Assembly (NCBI GenBank): GCA_044222185.1
Contig: JBGANV010000005.1
Coordinates: 224,001 to 288,000, forward strand
Direction of reading: 5' to 3'
Length of the DNA: 64,000 nt
From: Planctomycetota bacterium
Lineage (GTDB): Bacteria; Planctomycetota; GCA-002687715; CAIWVZ01
Shown: positions 53,257 through 62,355 of the stretch, one piece after another
How positions within the stretch are numbered: position 1 is the first letter of the stretch
How the letters are laid out: every line of letters starts with the position of its first letter
Position numbers and translations under genes: made by a program
Notes under the pieces: generated by a model
Databases searched by the model: none
Told to the model about the DNA's origin: nothing
Seen by the model: the letters and a program-made list of their open reading frames with translations, nothing else

Positions 53257-54287
53257 CGCTCCGCGATCCGTGGTTCCTGCTTCTCGCGCTCCTGATCCCC
53301 ATGTCGGAGCTCGTGCTTTGGGCCCGCCGACGTCATGGCGCCGCCGGCATTCCCGCCGTACGGTTTCCCAACCTCGCACCGCTCGCCGCCCAGGGCGGGT
53401 CGTGGCGACTGCGCGCCAGCATCACGCTCCCCATCCTCAGAGTCCTCGCCGGCGCCCTGATCGCCCTCGCCATCGCCCGGCCCCAGATCGGCCGCCAGGA
53501 GACGAAGCTCGTCTCGCACGGCATCGACATCGTGCTCGCCGTCGACGTCTCCAGCTCCATGCTCGCGGAAGACATGGGCGACGTCCCCGAGCGCGATCGC
53601 GCCGGCCTCAGTCGCGTCGAGGCGGTCAAGAAGGTCATGCACGAGTTCCTCGATCATCGGCGTGATGACCGCATCGGGCTCGTGGTGTTCGGCGGGCACG
53701 CGTTCACGCAGTGTCCGCTCACGCTCGACTACGGGATCCTTCACGAATTCATCAAGATGCTCGCCTGCGTCGAGCCTGGCTCGGAGGACGACGGCACCGC
53801 CGTGGGATCGGGGATAGCGACCGCGGTCAGCCGCCTCACGGATACGAATGCGAAGAGCCGCGTGGTGATCCTGCTGACCGACGGCAGCAACAATCGAGGA
53901 GAGCTCAGCCCGGAGAAGGCTGCAGAACTCGCCGCCGCGGAGCGCGTGAAGGTCTACACCATCGGCGCGGGATCCAAGGGCCTGGCGCCGTACCCCGTGA
54001 TGGACCGATTCACCGGACGCCGCGTGTACATCAACCAGCGGGCCGACCTGGACGAGGATTCGCTCCGCAAGATCGCCGAGACGACGTCGGCCCGCTATTT
54101 CCGAGCGACGGATCTGGAGGCGCTGCGAAAGGTCTACGACGAGATCGACACCCTCGAGAAGACCGAGCGCGAGACGCCGCGTTACCTGGAGTACGACGAG
54201 AAGTTCGGCTGGCCGCTGGGCGCCGGGATCGCGGTCCTGCTGGCGGAGCTTCTTCTCGCGGGCACCGTCTTCCGGAGGGTGCCATGA
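53253..54287 (+). CDS. batA: BatA-like VWA domain protein
   Basis: N-terminal DPWFLLL, ARPQ, MIDAS DVSSSM, DRIGLVVF, GTAVG, LLTDG and a C-terminal TM. Confidence 0.92.
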   Translation: MTLRDPWFLLLALLIPMSELVLWARRRHGAAGIPAVRFPNLAPLAAQGGSWRLRASITLPILRVLAGALIALAIARPQIGRQETKLVSHGIDIVLAVDVSSSMLAEDMGDVPERDRAGLSRVEAVKKVMHEFLDHRRDDRIGLVVFGGHAFTQCPLTLDYGILHEFIKMLACVEPGSEDDGTAVGSGIATAVSRLTDTNAKSRVVILLTDGSNNRGELSPEKAAELAAAERVKVYTIGAGSKGLAPYPVMDRFTGRRVYINQRADLDEDSLRKIAETTSARYFRATDLEALRKVYDEIDTLEKTERETPRYLEYDEKFGWPLGAGIAVLLAELLLAGTVFRRVP

Positions 54288-55324
54288 GCGAGTTCTTCGG
54301 CTCCCTCGACAGCAGCGCATGGCTCGCGGCGGCGGTGGGCGCGGCGTTGGCTCTCTGGTGGTTCGGGCGCGTGCGTGCGCGCATCACGCGGCAGCTCGTC
54401 GGCGCCCCACTCCTCGGCCGCATGCTCGTGGACGTGGATCCGCCGCGGCGTCGCACGAAGGCCGCACTGCTCGTCCTGTCGCTCCTCGTTCTCGGCATCA
54501 CGATGATGCGCCCCCACTGGGGCGTCGTCTTCGAGAAGGTGCAGCGCAAGGGCATCGACATCCTGTTCGTCGTCGACCTCTCGAAGAGCATGCTCGCGGA
54601 CGACGTGAAGCCGAATCGGCTCCAGCGAGTCACGGCCGAGATCAAACGCTTCGTCGAGGCGACGCTCGTCAGCGACCGGGTGGGCATCATCGCGTTCGCG
54701 GGAGTCAGCCACGTGCAGTGTCCGCTCACGCACGACTACGGCGCATTCCGGCTGTTTCTGGACGACATGGATCCGCGACTCATGCCACGTGGCGGAACGG
54801 CGATCGAAGACGCGCTCTACCGCGCGATCCAGTCGTTCCCGGACGAGGAGCGCAACCACAAGGCGATCATCTTGTTCACGGACGGCGAGGACAACGAAGG
54901 CGACCCCGTGCGTGCCGCGCAGGAGGCTGCCAAGCGCAACATCCGCATCTTCAGCGTCGGCATCGGTTCACCCGAGGGCTCGCTCATCCCGATCTCCGAC
55001 GGGAAGGGAGGTCGGACGTACCTCAAGGATTCGGAGGGTCAGGTCGTGAAGTCGCGCCTCGACGAAACGACGCTCGAGAAGGTCGCCCTGGCGACGAACG
55101 GCGCCTACAAGCACATGGTCGGCGGGCAGGACACGCTCGGCGAGATCTACGCGGAGGCGCGCAAGATCGAATCCCGCACCCTGGAGTCGGCGCAGGAGAA
55201 GCGCAAGGTCGAGAGATTCCAGTGGTTCGCCCTCGCCGCCCTCGTCATCCTGGCGATCGAGACGGCGCTCCCCGAGTCGCGCCGCAGGACGTTCAACGTC
55301 GTGGAGCCAAACCGTGCTGCTTGA
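54284..55324 (+). CDS. batB: BatB-like VWA domain protein
   Basis: ATGA overlap, RPHWG, DLSKSMLADDVKPNRL, PLTHDY, FTDGED and VKSRLDE. Confidence 0.92.
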   Translation: MSEFFGSLDSSAWLAAAVGAALALWWFGRVRARITRQLVGAPLLGRMLVDVDPPRRRTKAALLVLSLLVLGITMMRPHWGVVFEKVQRKGIDILFVVDLSKSMLADDVKPNRLQRVTAEIKRFVEATLVSDRVGIIAFAGVSHVQCPLTHDYGAFRLFLDDMDPRLMPRGGTAIEDALYRAIQSFPDEERNHKAIILFTDGEDNEGDPVRAAQEAAKRNIRIFSVGIGSPEGSLIPISDGKGGRTYLKDSEGQVVKSRLDETTLEKVALATNGAYKHMVGGQDTLGEIYAEARKIESRTLESAQEKRKVERFQWFALAALVILAIETALPESRRRTFNVVEPNRAA

Positions 55325-55340
55325 ACGCATCGCATCGAGA

Positions 55341-57083
55341 ATGGCCATGGGCCGCACCTTGGCGGCGCTCGTCATCCTGGCGGCCACGGCTACGGCAGTC
55401 GCGCAGCAGGACGTCGACCCCGTCGTGAAGAAGGCGCAGGACGCGAAGACGGCGCTCGACGCCGGCCGGTTCGACGACGCCCTCGCCCTCTTCAAGGACG
55501 CGCAGATCGAGCGCCCGGAGGCACCCGAGCTCGACCTCGACATCGGACTCGCCAGCTACAAGCTCGGCAAGTTCGACGATGCCGTCACGGCATTCACGAA
55601 GGCGACGCGCGCGAAGGACAAGAGGGTCGAGGCCTTCGCCTGGTTTCACCTGGGCAACACATGGTTCCGCCAGGGGAAGCTCGAGAACGCGCTCGAGGCC
55701 TACAACCAGTCGCTGCGCGTCGAGCCCAACGACGAGGATGCGCGCTTCAATCGCGAGATCGTCATCCGGCACATCAAGGAGAAGGCTCGCCAGAAGAAGG
55801 ACGAGCAGCGCAAGCAGGACATCGCCAAGCTGCTCCAGGAGCTGATCGCCGCGGAGACGACCACGGACCGCGGGACGCGGCTTTCGATCCACGAGACGGG
55901 CGAGAAGCCGCCACCGATCGCGGTGCGCGAGCTCGAGGCCGTGCTCGACGTCAGCACGGAGTCTCGCCCGACGCAGCCCCTCGCCGCCGACGCCCTGAAG
56001 GCCCGTGCGAAGGAACTGACGGACGCCCAGGCTGCCATCGTCAAGAAGACGGACGAGCTCATCGCGGCGATCAAGCTCGAGACGGAGACGAAACCGACGT
56101 CCCAGCCGACGGCGCCGTCGCAGGACGCGGAGAAGTACCAGAAGGTCCTCCCGCTCGTCGCCGAGGCGCGCGAAGCCCTGCAGGCCGCGCAGGAGACTCT
56201 CGCCAAGGCCGATCTCGGCAACGCGGTTCCGAGCCAGGATCTGGCGCTGACGAAGCTCCTGGAGGCACTCGACATCCTGATGGACGAGCTCACGCGCATC
56301 ATCCGGGACCAGGGCCTCGTCCTCGCCGACACGGCGAAGGCGGGAACGAAGCTCGGCGTCGAGCTCGAGGTTCCGGAGTCGCAGCCGACGAAACCGCCAG
56401 CGGCTTCGTCGATCAGACCATTGAAGCCGGACAGTCGGCCCGAGAGCCGGATCGTCAAGCTCGCGCCCGACGCCGCGGCCATGCTCGACCCGCTCGCGGA
56501 ACGCGAGGACGGCCTCAAGGATCGCACGGACAAGTTCGCCGTCGCCGTCGAGCAGATGCTCCAGCAGATGAAGGCGACGGACACGCGCGCGAGCGCCCCC
56601 GGCGGGCAGGCGAAGCCCGCCGATCCGCACGCCGACGGACCCAAGCCCGCCGACGTCGAGGAGGCGATCAAGCACCTGCAAGCGGCGTCCGACCACCTCA
56701 TCGATGCGAAGGGTCGCCTGACTGACCGAACCCTCCAGCCCGCCTTCGAGTCCGAGTTCCATGCGCTTCGCGAACTCCTGGAAGCCAAGCAGAAGCTCTC
56801 GCCCATGAGCCAGGGCCAGGACCAGCAACAGCAGGACGAGAAGAACCAGGACGACAAGAAGGACGATCAGAAGCAGGATCAGAAGAACGACAAGGACCAG
56901 CAGAACAAGGACAAGAAGGACGAGGCCGGCAAGAAGCCGGACGAGAAGGACAAGAAGGAGATGTCCAAGGAAGAGGCGGAGGCGCTTCTCGATCGAATGA
57001 AGCAACAGGAAAAGGAGTATCGCGACCAGAAGAAGGCCCAGCCGAAGGGTGCGAAGGACGCGCCCGTGAAGAAGGACTGGTGA
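55341..57083 (+). CDS. batC: BatC-like TPR protein with a long helical insertion and a Q/D/K-rich tail
   Basis: Signal peptide, TPRs (FHLGNTWFRQG..AYNQSL..DARFNRE), low-complexity tail, MSKEEAEALL and terminal KDW. Start 55314-55347. Confidence 0.8.
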   Translation: MAMGRTLAALVILAATATAVAQQDVDPVVKKAQDAKTALDAGRFDDALALFKDAQIERPEAPELDLDIGLASYKLGKFDDAVTAFTKATRAKDKRVEAFAWFHLGNTWFRQGKLENALEAYNQSLRVEPNDEDARFNREIVIRHIKEKARQKKDEQRKQDIAKLLQELIAAETTTDRGTRLSIHETGEKPPPIAVRELEAVLDVSTESRPTQPLAADALKARAKELTDAQAAIVKKTDELIAAIKLETETKPTSQPTAPSQDAEKYQKVLPLVAEAREALQAAQETLAKADLGNAVPSQDLALTKLLEALDILMDELTRIIRDQGLVLADTAKAGTKLGVELEVPESQPTKPPAASSIRPLKPDSRPESRIVKLAPDAAAMLDPLAEREDGLKDRTDKFAVAVEQMLQQMKATDTRASAPGGQAKPADPHADGPKPADVEEAIKHLQAASDHLIDAKGRLTDRTLQPAFESEFHALRELLEAKQKLSPMSQGQDQQQQDEKNQDDKKDDQKQDQKNDKDQQNKDKKDEAGKKPDEKDKKEMSKEEAEALLDRMKQQEKEYRDQKKAQPKGAKDAPVKKDW

Positions 57084-57086
57084 GGC

Positions 57087-58913
57087 ATGGCGCGAACTTC
57101 CACCCTGACGCTCGCATGCGCCCTGGCGATCACCTGCGCCGCGTCATCCCAAGTGACGGCCCGATTCGCCGACCGCAACGCCGTCATCGGCGAGCGCGCC
57201 GTCTACGTCATCGAGTTCACGCGCGAGGGTGAAGACGCGAAGAAGGAGGTGACTCCTCCGACCTTGCCGAAGGGCGATGCGTACGACGCGATGTACGCCG
57301 ACCGCCGTCAGTCCAGCAGCCGCCAGATGTACATCGTCAACGGCCGCGTGCAGGACCAGATGTCCGTGACGACGCAGCTTCTGTACTACGTCGTCCCGAA
57401 ACGGGAGGGCACGCTGACCATCCCAGCGTTCAACTGCGACCTCGGCGACATCACCGTTCGCGTCCCCATGGCGACGTTGATCGTCGAGCGCGAGGCGCCC
57501 GGGAACAAGTACGTCGACGTCGTCGTCACGATGAAGCCGTCGCACGCCTACATCGGGCAACCACTCGCGATCATGATCGAGGTGTTCTCGGACAAGCAGT
57601 TCCTGAACCGACCCGAGCCCGAGATGACGATCCCCTGGTTCCAGTCGCCACCGGGATTCGTCAGCGATGCGCCGCCGCCGGCGCGGCGCGAGGATGGCGT
57701 CGTCCCCGTCGCGATCGACGGGAAGTACTACAACTTCTCGCACGACTCGGTCACGCGCGATGGCCGCAACCGCTGGCGTCTGGCGTTCGAGCGCGAGGTG
57801 ACGCCCGTCAAGAGCGGCAAGGTCTTCCTCGACTCGGCGATCTTCCAGGGGGTCGTCGCCGAGCAGGTCGGTCGCGACGTATTCGGTAGCGCCGTCGCCC
57901 GCAGCACCGCGCGCGTCGTGAAGAGCTCGGCTCCCATCGAACTGGTCGTCGACGACGTGCCCGACGCGGGTCGCCCCGAGTCGTTCACGAACGCCGTCGG
58001 CGCCTACGACGTCCAGCTCAAGGCGGGGCCCGCCGAAGTGAAGGCCGGCGATCCCGTGACGATCACGCTGACGATCGAGGGCCGCGGACTTCTCGAGACG
58101 ATCAAGCTTCCCGAGCTCACCGGCTTCGATGGATTCACCCGCTACGAGCCCGAGCGGAAGATCGACACGCCGAAGCCGTCAGACCCCAAGTCGCGGCGGC
58201 TCACCGTTTCGTGGCTCGTCATCCCCAACTCCAACGACGTGAAGGAAATCCCCCGTGTGGCCTTCAGCTGGTTCGACGTGGAGGCGCGCCTGTACAAGAC
58301 GGCGACGGTCGGCCCGATCCCGCTGAAGATCCTCGGCACCGTTTCAGCCGCGCCGCTCGTCGTCGGCGCGAATCCGGAGGCGACGAAGCGCGACATCGTC
58401 GTGCGACGCGAGATCCTCTCGCACAAATCGGACTTCGGAACCATGCGGGCCAGCGGTGGTTCGCCATTCGGCGCTGGCTTTTGGACGGTGATCCTCCTCC
58501 CCGTCCTCACGTTGGCGGGGACGACGCTCTTTCAACGCCGCCGTGAGCGGCTCAGTGGCGATGCGGGGCTGCGTCGAAAGATCGTGGCGTCGAAGGCGGC
58601 GAGCATCAGGCTCGCCGAGGCCGAAGCACTCCTCGGCACCGAAGGCGATTTCGCCGGGCCGCTCGCCCGCGCCGTCAGTGGGTTCGTGGCGGACAAACTC
58701 GGGTTGCCGCCTGCCAGCGTGTCGGCCCGAACCGTGCGCGGTCAGCTCTCCATGAGGACGATCGAGCCCGCGACCGTCGCCGAGGCCGAGGCCCTCCTGA
58801 CCGACCTGGATGCTCGGCGCTTCAGCGGCGGCGCCGAGGATCGCGCCACGCGACAGTCACTCCTGGATCGCGCCCGCGAGCTCATCAAGACGCTCGATCG
58901 GAGGCTGCGATGA
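57087..58913 (+). CDS. batD: BatD-like protein
   Basis: Signal peptide, IVNG, PKREGTLTIP, FTNAVG, GDPVTITLTIEGRG, FSWFD and a C-terminal TM. Confidence 0.88.
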   Translation: MARTSTLTLACALAITCAASSQVTARFADRNAVIGERAVYVIEFTREGEDAKKEVTPPTLPKGDAYDAMYADRRQSSSRQMYIVNGRVQDQMSVTTQLLYYVVPKREGTLTIPAFNCDLGDITVRVPMATLIVEREAPGNKYVDVVVTMKPSHAYIGQPLAIMIEVFSDKQFLNRPEPEMTIPWFQSPPGFVSDAPPPARREDGVVPVAIDGKYYNFSHDSVTRDGRNRWRLAFEREVTPVKSGKVFLDSAIFQGVVAEQVGRDVFGSAVARSTARVVKSSAPIELVVDDVPDAGRPESFTNAVGAYDVQLKAGPAEVKAGDPVTITLTIEGRGLLETIKLPELTGFDGFTRYEPERKIDTPKPSDPKSRRLTVSWLVIPNSNDVKEIPRVAFSWFDVEARLYKTATVGPIPLKILGTVSAAPLVVGANPEATKRDIVVRREILSHKSDFGTMRASGGSPFGAGFWTVILLPVLTLAGTTLFQRRRERLSGDAGLRRKIVASKAASIRLAEAEALLGTEGDFAGPLARAVSGFVADKLGLPPASVSARTVRGQLSMRTIEPATVAEAEALLTDLDARRFSGGAEDRATRQSLLDRARELIKTLDRRLR

Positions 58914-59692
58914 TGCGTCTCCTCGGTCGATTCGTCGTGCTCGCGACGTGCGTCGGCATCGCTGCGTCGGCCTCCCGCGCGCAGGATCACAAGACGGATC
59001 CGCGACTCCTGTTCCTCAAGGGAAACGAGGCTCTGGATCACCGCGACTACGAGACCGCCATCGCGGCGTTCTCCGACATCGTCAAGGGTGGGGATGCCTC
59101 GGGCGAGGTGCACTTCAACTTCGGAAACGCACTCGTCGGGGTCGGTCGCATCGGCGAAGCAATCCGCGAGTACCGCCTCGCCCAGATTGCCTTGCCCCGC
59201 GACGCGGAGGTGGCGTTCAACCTGGGCATCGCCCGCGAGATGGTGGTCGACAAGGTGGCGCACGCGGAGATCGCTCCCGCCGTGAAATCGCTCCTCTTCT
59301 TCCACATGTCGACGACTCTGGAGGAAGCGCGGAACGCGTTCGTGGCGCTCTTCGTGCTGACGCTCGCGTTGCTCCACGTCCGAGTGTTCGTGCGGCGGAC
59401 CTGGCTGACGCGGCTCGCCGTCGTCGCGCTGTCGCTCGCGATGCTGGCCGGCGCGTCGCTTCTCGTCCGAACGACGATCGCCCCGTCGCCGCGCGAGGCG
59501 GTGGTCCTGTCGCCCGAGGCGGTCATCCGCTCCGGCCCCTCGTCGGACTTCGCCGAGACGTTCAAGCTGCATGAAGGCGTCGAAGTGAAGGTCGAAGAGG
59601 AACGCAACGGCTGGCTCAAGATCGACCTCGACGGCCGCAAGGGCTGGTTGTCGTCGACGTCCGCCGCCCTGATCGATCCCCTTCGCGACTGA
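58910..59692 (+). CDS. batE: BatE-like TPR/SH3 protein
   Basis: GNEA..Y..AI, FNFGNA, two TMs and the SH3b-like RSGPS..FKLHEG..W.KI..GRKGWL. Confidence 0.9.
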   Translation: MMRLLGRFVVLATCVGIAASASRAQDHKTDPRLLFLKGNEALDHRDYETAIAAFSDIVKGGDASGEVHFNFGNALVGVGRIGEAIREYRLAQIALPRDAEVAFNLGIAREMVVDKVAHAEIAPAVKSLLFFHMSTTLEEARNAFVALFVLTLALLHVRVFVRRTWLTRLAVVALSLAMLAGASLLVRTTIAPSPREAVVLSPEAVIRSGPSSDFAETFKLHEGVEVKVEEERNGWLKIDLDGRKGWLSSTSAALIDPLRD

Positions 59693-59725
59693 CGCGGAAC
59701 GCCGCGCTCCAGCGCGGCTGGACGG

Positions 59726-59978
59726 CAGGGTTTCAACCCTGCGTGGGGTGCTGAGTGCGTTTGCTCGCAACCACTGTGGCTCACGGCCGTGCCAGGCGGC
59801 AGCTCGCACGAACCACTCGATGGCTCGCCGTGGTCTCGGCAGGGCGGGAGCCCTGCCATCCAGCCGGGCGCAGCCCGGCGCTCCGACGAACCGCCGCTCG
59901 CGCGCCACTCGATGGCTCGCCGTGGTCTCGGCAGGGCGGGAGCCCTGCCATCCGGCCGGGCGCAGCCCGGCGCTCCGA
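59726..59978. repeat. REP-like palindromic cluster: two 74-bp direct repeats plus a separate hairpin
   Basis: 59813-59886 and 59905-59978 differ at one base. Each contains GGCAGGGC-GGGA-GCCCTGCC and GCCGGGC-GCA-GCCCGGC. GCAGGGTT-TC-AACCCTGC lies at 59726-59743. The cluster sits between convergent genes. Confidence 0.85.
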
Positions 59979-61001
59979 TCAGGAACCGAGGACGTCGAAG
60001 AGCATCTGGATCCGCTCCTCGGTCATCTCAGCGCCGAGGTTGCTCACGCGGAAGATCTCGGATGCGAGCTTGCCCTGTCCCTCGAAGATCACGAAGCCAT
60101 GCTCGTGAGCCCGTTCGGCGAGCTCCGTGGGCCGCCGGTCTCCGCATCGAAACGCGGTCAGGACGTTGCTGCGGAGCCCTTCCGGGAGGAGCGGCTCGAA
60201 GTGGCGACTCCCGTGCGCCCACACGGCGCGTGCAAGGCGAGCGTATCGCGCGGGTCTATCCTCGCACGCGAGGATCTCGAGCGCCGTCTCGAGGGCGATG
60301 AACGCCTGCACGTTCGGCGTGCTGGGGATGCCATGCGCGTACATCCCCAGATCCAGATACGGCACGCTCGACCGAGCGGCGACGTCGTTGCGCCAGAAGA
60401 CGCCGGCGATCCCGGGCAGCGACTCGAGTCCCCGGTTGCTGCTGAAGCAGATCACGTCCGCCCTCGTGTCGACCTGGTGAGCCGCGAACGATCCCACGGC
60501 ATCGACCAGCAGGCGTGCGCCCGTCCGCTTCACGAGATTGGCGATGGGTTCCAGCGGATTCAGCAACCCGGTCGTCGTCTCGTGGTGGACGACGGTCACC
60601 CAGTCCGGTTTGAACTTCTCCAGGCGGGTCGCGAGGTAGTCCAGGTCGGGCGGCGCGCCCCATCCCCACGAGAGCGTCTCGACGGCGGCAGCTTCGATCC
60701 CCTCGAGCGTCTTGCGCATCCGCTCGCCATACACGCCATTCTCGATGACGAGAACGCGATGTCGGACGAGGCTGACGAGCGAGGCGTCGACCGCCAGCGC
60801 TCCGGAACCGTGCAGGAGGCTGAGGCGGTGGGTCTGCGGTGTGAGCCCGGCCGCCTTGTAGAGCCGATCCCGCACGCGCATCCACAGCTCGCGGAACTCG
60901 GGCTGGCGGTGGCACAGCTCGACGTCGAAGAGCGTTTCCTTGATCCGTGGGTGGAGGTTCACGGGCCCCGGATTGAAGAGGACGTAGTCGCGAGGACGCA
61001 T
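59979..61001 (-). CDS. Class V aminotransferase-like protein (PhnW / serine-pyruvate type) with the PLP lysine replaced by Arg
   Basis: LFNPGPV, HRQPEF, NGVYGER, VHHETTTGLLNP, VDAVGSF, SSNRGLE and FRVSNLG. Confidence 0.85.
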   Translation of the reverse strand: MRPRDYVLFNPGPVNLHPRIKETLFDVELCHRQPEFRELWMRVRDRLYKAAGLTPQTHRLSLLHGSGALAVDASLVSLVRHRVLVIENGVYGERMRKTLEGIEAAAVETLSWGWGAPPDLDYLATRLEKFKPDWVTVVHHETTTGLLNPLEPIANLVKRTGARLLVDAVGSFAAHQVDTRADVICFSSNRGLESLPGIAGVFWRNDVAARSSVPYLDLGMYAHGIPSTPNVQAFIALETALEILACEDRPARYARLARAVWAHGSRHFEPLLPEGLRSNVLTAFRCGDRRPTELAERAHEHGFVIFEGQGKLASEIFRVSNLGAEMTEERIQMLFDVLGS

Positions 61002-61026
61002 CACGGGAGGGTCTCCGTTCCGAGGC

Positions 61027-62247
61027 TCAATCCGCCTGCTGCGACGCCTGGGCGACCACCGGTTCGGCGACGACGGGCCGCACCAGTTCGCCGAGGACGG
61101 CGTGCCAGGCCGTCACGAGGTTGTTCGCGACGGTCGACCAGCTCAGGTCCCGCGACGCGGCCTGGCTCATCATTCGTCGCGTGCGTACGTCGGCAGTGTT
61201 CTGGAGCAGGTGGATCATCGCGGCGCCGAGTTCGCGCGGCGCTCCCGCCGCGACGTAGAACGGCGCGTTGCCGAACAACTCGCGGTGCATGGCGATGTCC
61301 GAAGCGATGACGCACGCTCCGGCAGCGATCGCCGGAACCGCGCCTCCACCCATGGGAGCAGCGTTCGGGACGTAGACCTCGGCCGTGGCTCCGGCGCGAA
61401 GTGCGGCCAGGTCCTGCGTCGAGATGGCTCCGGTGAAGACGATCTCCGCGACGCCACGCGCACGGAGGCGCTCCGCCACGACCGCCGAAAGCGGCGTCGG
61501 TTCTCCGGCGAACACCAACCACACGAGGTGGCCCGCGGTCCACGCCTGCGACAAGCCCACGAGGATCATCTCGATGTTCGTCTGATCGCCCACCGGGGCG
61601 GCGTGGAGGAAATACGGACCGCCGATCCCGAGCCGCGTCTTCGCCTCGACGATGGCGTGAGGCGTCGGCGGCGTGTCGTCGGCCGTGACGTCCGTCCCAA
61701 CTCCGAGGGACGCGGTCACGTCGTAGGGAAGCTGCGCCTCGGTCATCAATCGCTGCCGCATGACCTCCGTCGCCGTGAGGAACACGAGGCCCGAGCGATC
61801 GAGCTGGTGAAGTCTCGAAACGCGCGCGCGCGTGGCCTCCTCGTTCGTGGCGGACGCCTCCCCGTCGAGGATCGACGCAGTGGCTGGAACACCGGGTGCG
61901 GCGGTCAGCCAGGGGTCCCCGCCACGGAGCGCTTCGAGCGGCGCCAGGATGTGCAGCAAGTCGACCGTCGAGCCGCGGAACGTCTCGTAGGTCGCCACGG
62001 AAACGGTGGGTAACGCGAGGAGGGGATCCAGCGCGGCGTTCGGCGTGAGGTCGTTCCTGACCAGAACGAATCGCCATGCCGGCCGCGACGCCGCGACCTC
62101 GTGCAGCAACCGGAGCTCGTACGCTGCGACTCGTTCCACGCCCTCGCGGCGCTCGTCGGCGACGCGAACGTCCACGGCGATCGTGTGCACGCGGCCGGTC
62201 GTACGCACGAGCGGCCCCTCCGAAGTCTCTTCCCGATGAACCTTCAT
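61027..62247 (-). CDS. GT4 (GT-B) glycosyltransferase-like protein with degenerate donor-binding motifs
   Basis: IAVDVR..GVERVA, PYFLH, FTGAISTQDLAAL and AGACVIASDIAMHRELFG; the EX7E motif is absent. Confidence 0.7.
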   Translation of the reverse strand: MKVHREETSEGPLVRTTGRVHTIAVDVRVADERREGVERVAAYELRLLHEVAASRPAWRFVLVRNDLTPNAALDPLLALPTVSVATYETFRGSTVDLLHILAPLEALRGGDPWLTAAPGVPATASILDGEASATNEEATRARVSRLHQLDRSGLVFLTATEVMRQRLMTEAQLPYDVTASLGVGTDVTADDTPPTPHAIVEAKTRLGIGGPYFLHAAPVGDQTNIEMILVGLSQAWTAGHLVWLVFAGEPTPLSAVVAERLRARGVAEIVFTGAISTQDLAALRAGATAEVYVPNAAPMGGGAVPAIAAGACVIASDIAMHRELFGNAPFYVAAGAPRELGAAMIHLLQNTADVRTRRMMSQAASRDLSWSTVANNLVTAWHAVLGELVRPVVAEPVVAQASQQAD

Positions 62248-62355
62248 GAGGGAACCTTTCGACCATTGCGGCGTCAGTCTTTCACTTTGCCTGCGGTCCG
62301 GTTTGACTTGAAAGTACGATCGCGCTCCGCGCCTCGGTCTTTGAGGGTTGATGAC

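Noticed and set aside
56810-56960. Low-complexity CAG/AAG/GAC repeats
   Set aside because: They encode the normal Q/D/K-rich BatC tail and are not an independent repeat element.
59813-59978. Possible CRISPR array
   Set aside because: Only two 74-bp units with an 18-bp gap and no cas genes; it fits a REP-like repeat better.
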